From: Octopus bimaculoides
Taxonomy: Eukaryota
Length of the DNA stretch: 64,000 nucleotides
Reading direction: 5' to 3'
NCBI RefSeq assembly: GCF_001194135.2
Contig: NC_068999.1
Location: forward strand, 12,928,337-12,992,336
Made by a program: the position numbers and the translations under genes. The notes beneath the pieces are model-generated. The model saw only the letters and a program-made list of their open reading frames with translations. It was not told the DNA's origin and did no database searches. Positions 56,059-64,000 of the stretch are shown here, in pieces; the stretch's first letter is position 1, and every line of letters begins with the position of its first letter.

Positions 56059-56862
56059 CATGATAATGTGAACGCGCATGTGTGTATCTACGACAGCTGC
56101 ATATATGTGTATATGAAGGGTTCGCACGTATATTATAGTAAGTTGTGTATCTATGTATTTATACGTATATGCCTACGTACATATATGTGCGGCTTTATCT
56201 TTACGTATACCTTATTATTTCCATTGGGCATAAAGATACCAATAATCAATTATGACATCTCAATTTTCATGGTGCTGCGAACGAATGTCCTCCAAAGGAA
56301 CATCACGGTGTACATATCTGTGGTCCTGAATGTTATCAGGATTCATCCAGTCAATTGCCTACATTTTGTGTCCATACTGGTACTGTGCACTTAGAAATAG
56401 GTAAACCAAACTAGACGAGACTAGATTAATTGCAAAATTTCATGGGAATTCACATCAATATTAGTATTTTGTAGCACATGCAGAGAATCTTCCTTATATA
56501 GTAAAATCTGTATATTATAGCTATAACACTCTGACACTCCTTCGTCGGATATTAAGAGAGAAAAAGTTAAGAAAAATGGAATAAGAAGAGAATAAATGAC
56601 GTAAGATAAGATAGGAATGACTAGTGAGAGTTATGCAAAATAATCTATACCTGGGTAATGCACATGTTCGATCTCTTACTAAGCGGAATTATAATTTGGG
56701 GATTATTGTGATGTTTAGTGGCAGATGAGCGCCTGTAGGCATACTCGTGTATGTTTGAATATTTGTGTGTTTGATTTGCGAGGGTACGTAAGTACACGTG
56801 TGCAAATGACGTGTCTGTACGTTTCGTGTGTGTGTATGTGTGTGTGAGAGAGAGAGAGAGAA

Positions 56863-56949
<87 letters not shown>

Positions 56950-57131
56950 GGATGTATTCGAGATACGTGGGTGCTAAATTGGTGAGTTTGCCAGTGTCTG
57001 TATGAGAAGCAAAAGAACTGGTAGTTGAATACTAGTTCAACATGAAAATTGAGATGTCATAATTGATTATTGGTATCTTTATGCCTAATGGAAATAATAA
57101 AATATACGTAAAGATAAAGACGCATACATGT

Positions 57132-57172
<41 letters not shown>

Positions 57173-57308
57173 TGTGTGTGTGTAGGCATGTATATATACA
57201 TACATAAACACTTGACTGACCATAATATACGTGCGAACCCCTCATATACACATATAGGCATACTTTCATAGATACACACATACACACATGCGCGCTCACA
57301 TTATCATG
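56059..57308. repeat. Long inverted repeat (foldback): arms 56059-56271 and 57041-57308, spacer about 770 bp
   Basis: A 43-nt perfect inverted match (CATAAAGATACCAATAATCAATTATGACATCTCAATTTTCATG) lies at the inner ends. Further blocks match (GGTTCGCACGTATATTAT, CATGATAATGTGA). The right arm carries an expanded (TG)n. Confidence 0.9.
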
Positions 57309-57565
57309 TATANNNNNNNNNNNNNNNNNNNNNNNNNNNNNNNNNNNNNNNNNNNNNNNNNNNNNNNNNNNNNNNNNNNNNNNNNNNNNNNNNNNNNNNN
57401 NNNNNNNNNNNNNNNNNNNNNNNNNNNNNNNNNNNNNNNNNNNNNNNNNNNNNNNNNNNNNNNNNNNNNNNNNNNNNNNNNNNNNNNNNNNNNNNNNNNN
57501 NNNNNNNNNNNNNNNNNNNNNNNNNNNNNNNNNNNNNNNNNNNNNNNNNNNNNNNNNNNNNNNNN

Positions 57566-57596
<31 letters not shown>

Positions 57597-57634
57597 TATA
57601 TAACTGTAAATAAAATGTGACAATTATTCGGTAG

Positions 57635-57701
57635 CCATGATAAAACTCTGTGTTTCGGATGTCGGGGCGGAAATCCTCGCCGCCATCCCTTCAGTTACTG
57701 G
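57635..57701 (-). ncRNA. Degenerate minimal type I hammerhead-ribozyme-like motif
   Basis: The minus strand reads CCAGTAA-CTGAAG-GGATG...CATCC-GAAAC-ACAGAG-TT-TTATCATGG, giving core boxes, stem II, a short stem III and stem I in the right order. A9 is missing or substituted. Confidence 0.45.
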
Positions 57702-57894
57702 GCCATCGAAAAAAATGCCATGAAACTGACCATTAAACAAAGGGAAATTACTGTGTGATTGACCGTTATTAAGACAAAAGAGCTATTAGAATGACCGCTA
57801 AGTGAGGGTAGGCAATACACGTAAGGAAGTAAACACGTCCATAATATTCGCATAAGCGGTTATTCTAATACTACCTCTACCTTATATATATGTC

Positions 57895-57970
<76 letters not shown>

Positions 57971-59644
57971 TGTGTGTGTATGTGTGTGTGTGTGTTTGTG
58001 TGTTTGTGAGTATGTCTGTGCGTGCGCGTGTGTTTGTAAATACATGATAACGAAACAGCCAACGTGTGTATTGCGATGGAAAATACTATGAAATATGAGC
58101 TCACATCAACAGCACTGTTTTTACGATGAGGTTATTTGACATTCTACATCTAGTGTATGTTATGGTATTCGAATCGTGTGAAATGTCTTTTGTCAGTGCA
58201 TTTCTGGAGAGTTTGAGCTTCCGTATACTTGCTGGTTATGAGTAGAAAAATGTAACATTATGTTGAATTGCGAAGCGATCTTTGCTTTACCAATATCTTT
58301 GATCTCTAGTATTGTGACATTGCTAGAGGTGAGGGATTTTATTTCTAATATTGTGTTATGGACTCCTTTATAGAAGTAATGTCTCACCCGAAGAGCTTGC
58401 GTAACGTGTTCCAACGAACATCGCCACAATGTAAAATCTACTTGAATAAATCATACATGTTTATAATGTTTACCGAAAAATGTAAGGATAGATATTATAA
58501 TGACGTAATATAAGCAATAAAGGCAACAAATATACGCTGCATAAAATACATTACTGATATTTCCCTCTATTGCATATATCTGAAACTATATAATAAAATT
58601 GTTGAGGAAATATTGCGGAGTAAATAGCTTTTGTGTTATGGCAGTGACAAGAAAACTCAACATTAAAGATATTAACTGACGCATTCGACACAAGAACTAA
58701 TACCTGCGTACGCTGATTTACGCGCATTTGTACATATAAAATTGCTCGTCATGAGGGAGTACACTGAGTTGTTTATTATATACAGAGATTATAAAATATG
58801 ACGGTTTACAACGAATTCATATGAGAGAAATGGATATAAAACTATTCTGAAATAGCGTCCCCTCTTAAAGAAAATATAATATATATCCAAATCTTAGAAT
58901 TTACCAACGAAGGCATGAGTCTAGCTCCTACTGTTTACTTCTCATCCACATTTCGATGTTAAGTGTAGAATCATTCATATATGGATATCTCGTTTTATCT
59001 GTGAGCAGATTTCATGAACACTGAAATGTTCCACTCCTGAAATTGCGGCAAGGAGGAGCTGAGATGAGTACAAAAGAGTAATATATGAGTGAAACAACAA
59101 AAAAACATCTTAAATTCGTTATGTTAAATAATGAGATTTAAATCCTAGTGATGCCTGTGAACAGTGAATGCATAAACTGAGCTATAGCGGACCTCTTTGT
59201 ATCATTAGTCATGAAGAAATTTCTATTAGTAATACGAACTTGGAATGACATATCATATGGAACCGCTAAAACGTTCGTGCCGATTTATGCCTGGTTTACC
59301 CCATAATATTCAGGCCGTCGTTCCTTAGTTATTACGTTAATACTATATACACTTATTTATAGAATGTCACCAGAATCGATACACGTCTGAATATTATTTC
59401 ACCAAATGTTTAAACCATTTTTCTATTGCCTATGTCGGGAAACAATGTATAAGAGCAGTCGTAAATAAATATTTAGGGTATCTCATTTAGGTGACTCTTC
59501 TTGTAATCCAGCACCAAAATTGTAATACTGTATCAGTGTTTCATCGTTCGGTAGACTACACAGTAATATCTTGCGAAATATTACTTACAAATCTTCAGAG
59601 AAGGAAAGCAAATTCGGAGGAATGAGTTAATATAATAGATGGAC

Positions 59645-59775
59645 ACCATTGCTCACTTTATTTTTATTTTATCGACTCACTCCCAGAGAAAGCAAGGCAA
59701 ATCTACCTTAGTGGAGTTTGTGTTCAGATTGTAATGACGAAAGAAATAGCGCAAAGAATATTGCCTGGCTCATTC
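59645..59775 (-). mobile_element. Degenerate SINE family A
   Basis: TTTTATCGACTC...GAAAGCAAGGCAAATCTACCTTAGTGGAGTTTGTGTTCAGA..GTAATGACG..AGAAATA..GC.AAG.ATATTTGCCTGGC aligns with the other family A copies. Confidence 0.55.
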
Positions 59776-60372
59776 TGTGAAAAGTGAAATTAATCTAATT
59801 CTCTTCTTGCAAATTTGACTACATACGGTGAGGTTTAAAATGATTATAAAATATGTATATTTCAAATTGTTATCCGATAACTTTTGTAAATTCGACGTTT
59901 TGTTTTCGACCCTCAAAGAAAGAAATATAAATTTGGCACCATAATGATGATGAAGTAATGTGACAATTTTTATTTGATCTAAGAATGTTTACTTGATTTA
60001 AGCGTGATTGGTATGACATCTATGAGATCTCCAAGAGATTTTATAATCTATGTACATTTAGTAGAAACGTCTTCTGTTAACGGCTTAAATTACCAGTACA
60101 TTTATAATGTTAGAAGTTTAAGCGTAACTTATTACACTCGATCTTCAATCATATGACATATATAAAATTCAAATATAAGTTAAGTGGAAATTAATATATA
60201 AAAATTCTATATAGTAATTACGATTTGTCTTCAAACATTTTCTGTGCGTAGGTTATGACTTTGTTTATAACCGTTTTAGTTAAATGTATGTAATGACAAC
60301 CGAAACGCTTATATACTTTTATCGTTCGTAAGTATTTAACCCGTCAGCTTCAAAGTGGCAGGTGCATACTTG

Positions 60373-61597
60373 TACGAGGTAGTATGGAATAATTCCCAGA
60401 ACACTTCTGTAGCGCACCAACAAATGGCAGGGCACGGTTTCGGGTAACGTGTGAGCTAACAGTAATCTTCATGAAGCAGTGTGCCTAGTTATATTGTTGT
60501 GTTTACTTCGCAAGTTCTGCAATTTGCGTTTTTCTGAACACGTATATGCTGCACTCTGAAACTTCGTAATGAACGGGCATTTAGAACAACGATACATCGT
60601 GAAATTTTGCTTTAAATTTGGCAGGTCAGCTACAGAGTCATTGAGCATAATTTGGCGATGAGGAAATGGGTCAGACGCTCTCTTGTGTGGAACAGGCGCT
60701 TTAAAACCGGAAGAATACCCAATGAAGAGGATGAGGGATCTAGAAGAACTGTCACAAGCGTCACCCATGAAAGCGTGTATAAAATTCATCAACTTGTGCA
60801 TAAGGAGCCTCGGATGACAATCAATATTATTACTCTGTCGTATGGGTTCCAGGAGGCAAGCTTAATATCTTAATTGAACGTGTGACGTGTCGCTGCTAAA
60901 TTTGCCCCCACCGTCTGCTGACCACTGAGCAGAAGGAACATTGCGTCGAATCTGTCGAGATCAATGTGTGACTGTGCCGCTGGTGACCCATCATGTCAAG
61001 GAAGTTCAAAGGTGACAAGGGTTGGATCTAGAGATAGGACGTTGAGACGAAGCAGCAGTCGTCACAATGGAAGTAGTCTTCCTCTCCACGAACAATGATT
61101 GTATGAGAGAAACGAAGCTGAATGAAGAGCATGCGCATATTTTGTCCTAGCCTTCCGCAGTTTTGTGCAGCGAGAATGTTCCTATTCTGCACCCAGGGAC
61201 AGTCGCTCAGTCGAGAGATTTACTGCGACATTTAAAAACTTTTTCAGGTAGGGCATTCGGTGAAAGCGACCGGATCTGTGTAGAATTGGATTCTTCAAAG
61301 GATAGTGCATCCTGTCAGCGAGCTCTCCTCCCTCGTGAGTTTTCCACCAAAAACAACATGGTAGCGCATCCTTACACACTATATTCGCCAAATTTAGCAC
61401 TTGCGGAATTCCATCACCTCTCCAAAGTGTCGAGATCCAGAAAGATTCGCACAAGGTCCTCCACTCGCTTACGGGAAACGATTGATATACTGTTGCGTAA
61501 AGTGACTATTTCAAATGAGATGATTTTGAAAGTTAGATAAATAAGTTATTTTTTATTAAACAGATCTAGTAGAGAAGCCCTTTGATATTGCCTCGTA
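60373..61597 (+). mobile_element. Mariner (Tc1/mariner, DD34D-type) DNA transposon, full length, transposase inactivated
   Basis: Termini TA-CGAGG...CCTCG-TA, length 1225 bp. Translation: MNGHLEQRYIVKFCFKFGRSATE, WNRRFKTGR, RVAAKFAP-RLLTTEQKE, GDKGWI*R*DVETKQQSSQWK, HPYTLYSPNLALAEF. Multiple stops and frameshifts. Confidence 0.93.
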
Positions 61598-62674
61598 TAT
61601 GTTACTTTAACATATTGTATTTGCTCCTCAAAATAGTATAATACGAAATAATAACCACATTGCATGACTTGATTACGATTGTTTAGAACCAGTAGGAATC
61701 GAAGATGCTTTTTAATCTTTCGCAGTTACTCTGCAAAGTTCTGAACGAATAATATTTATAAGGGTACTTAATCATATATGTAGTTTGTTTGCAATATGTA
61801 TCGTTGTAAATAATTAAGAATTCAATAATTTAAAAGTATTTGTTTCTCTAACATACAGGAGGAAAGAAATTTCGCATAAAATGTTCAAAATGAAGCAGAA
61901 AATAAATAAATTAACAGTTTGAAAAAAGTTATTTTACATGGTCTTGATAATATTGTTGATAGCTGTGTTTTGAAGAAGGGACTGAAAAACGTTATGAAAA
62001 AATATATCAAATATTAACATTGTATACACGAATCTTCGTGAAAACCACAAGTTCATCTTCTTGCGAGTTTGTTATGAACAACGACATTAATTACGCTCAC
62101 ATAGCTACAGATACGCCTATATCCCTATATTTGACAATACGTGTTACGAAAACATATCCTTGTGTTGTATCACACATTATTTTATGAGGAAATTATTTTA
62201 TTTCCTACTATATTGTTATGGCATCTACTGCAACGTCAAGTAAATCATATGATTTAAAATAACGCAGAGACTCGCAACTGATATTTACTTGAAACCTTCT
62301 CCGCAGACTAACATTTTCCAGTTTAGAGAGAATTATGACCTAAATCGGAAACTTGGCATCTCACAAGAAATCCGATGAAAACGAAGAAAACAGGAATATA
62401 ATGGTATAATATTAGGTAGAAGTTGTTGATCAACATAACCTCACCAGCCAGGAAAATTTCTTTGCACACGAAAATAAAGTGATATATTATTGGAGAAGTT
62501 TTTTGGCTAAGTTATTGAAGTGGCTATTACACAGGATTATTGTCTCATAATTCTTCTAATGTTTAGACCCATCATTTATAACGCCAGTCTGTATAGAAGG
62601 AAATCTGAATTTTTTGCTGGTTCTCACAAGAAATCTATGTAAAGATAGATTCATATATATATATATATATATAC

Positions 62675-62719
<45 letters not shown>

Positions 62720-62868
62720 TATGTGTGTTTGTGTGTGTGTGTGTGTAAACATCTACATATATGGGAATATATAGAGAGAGATAGTCGTACATATACACAA
62801 ATACACGCACACGCATATATACATCTACATACTAACCCATACACATTCTCCCAAACACAGACACACAC

Positions 62869-62914
<46 letters not shown>

Positions 62915-63437
62915 GTATATATAAAAGAAATGATTAGCTGAGATATTTATATCGCCAGATCAGCAACTTTTCCACTTGTATTACAAAAAATATGTATCAT
63001 CCTGAAGTCCGAGAAAATCACATTAATATTAGCGAATACATAACTATTGGATTCGTCTGTAGTAGTTTTTTTTCCTTTTTTTTTCTTAAATCTATATTTT
63101 ACTTCGCATGAAACAGAAAAATATATCTGTTATCTTTCATCTTTCATCTACTTATTTCTGTATTTTGACTGTGGTCATGCTGGGGCATCACCTTCTACGA
63201 TGTTAGTGGAACAAATTAACAACGGGACACGTTCTTTATTTTTATACTGTTAATTTATATACGTCAGTTTTATTCGGAAATGTATCTAACGGTGACACAA
63301 ACATGTTAACATCGGTCATCGAGCGACACAAAGACACGCACACGCACAGACACTCACATGCTCACGCACACTCGTATACATACATACCTACATACATACA
63401 TACATACATATATACACACACACGCACACACACACAT

Positions 63438-63484
<47 letters not shown>

Positions 63485-63535
63485 NNNNNNNNNNNTATAT
63501 ATATGTATGTATGTGTGCGTGGGGGGGGCGTGTGT

Positions 63536-63600
63536 ACAACGGGCTTCTTTCAGTTCCCGTCTACGAAATCCACTCAACCTCTTGCATGACCCGGTAGAAA
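63536..63600 (-). mobile_element. SINE family B fragment
   Basis: ACAACGGGCTTCTTTCAGTTCCCGTCTACGAAATCCACTCA is shared with 50740-50800 and embedded in CA/TA microsatellites. Confidence 0.6.
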
Positions 63601-63877
63601 TATCGTTTGCTGTGTCATCATATATCGAAACAGGACGATGGAAGAATTTCGGTGAGTGAGTTATTCAACATTACATATCGTTTATTTGGACTCAATCTGT
63701 CTTACATGTTAGATAAAAACAAAAGAGATTTCCCTGTACTTCATCGTCGGGTGTATTTAACACCGTTGAGTGTAAGGAGGACAGATCAAGGAAGGCGGAG
63801 TTATGCACATGTGATCAAATACACGCAATCATACATAGATACATGCATACATACATACATACATACATACACACACG

Positions 63878-63943
<66 letters not shown>

Positions 63944-64000
63944 TCGTATGTGTATTTCATGTGCAAGATTCTTGATGTGGATACGTGTGTTGAAAGAAAT

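Noticed and set aside
3162-63494. 15 N-gaps, 10 of them bordered by (TA)n
   Set aside because: This is the expected short-read assembly failure at microsatellites, not a biological spacing pattern.
3036-63659. Long ORFs of 150-511 aa in the ORF track
   Set aside because: They stay open only because they cross N-gaps (X runs) or simple repeats. No coding signal.

Overview
AT-rich eukaryotic draft-assembly DNA with 15 N-gaps (about 6.1 kb in total) and very dense microsatellites. The repeat content looks like a coleoid cephalopod (Octopus-like) genome; that is an inference from the SINE families and the microsatellite load. I could not identify any intact host protein-coding gene, so the window behaves as intronic or intergenic sequence. 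Most long ORFs in the track are artefacts of N-gaps or simple repeats. The supported features are decayed mobile elements: two Penelope-like (RT + GIY-YIG) insertions, three R4/Dong-clade LINE fragments, an L1/Tx1-like fragment, a full-length but dead mariner with both termini, and several copies of two SINE families. The more unusual observations are a GC-rich 28S rRNA fragment joined through an A-tract to a Penelope endonuclease exactly at its YIG motif, three kinds of hammerhead-ribozyme-like motifs next to microsatellites or gaps, two roughly 100-bp near-perfect palindromes, and a 1.25-kb foldback structure. A few candidate small exons could not be assigned to a gene. I did not find convincing evidence of a wholly new biological system. 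All element assignments come from motif recognition by eye, not from database searches.
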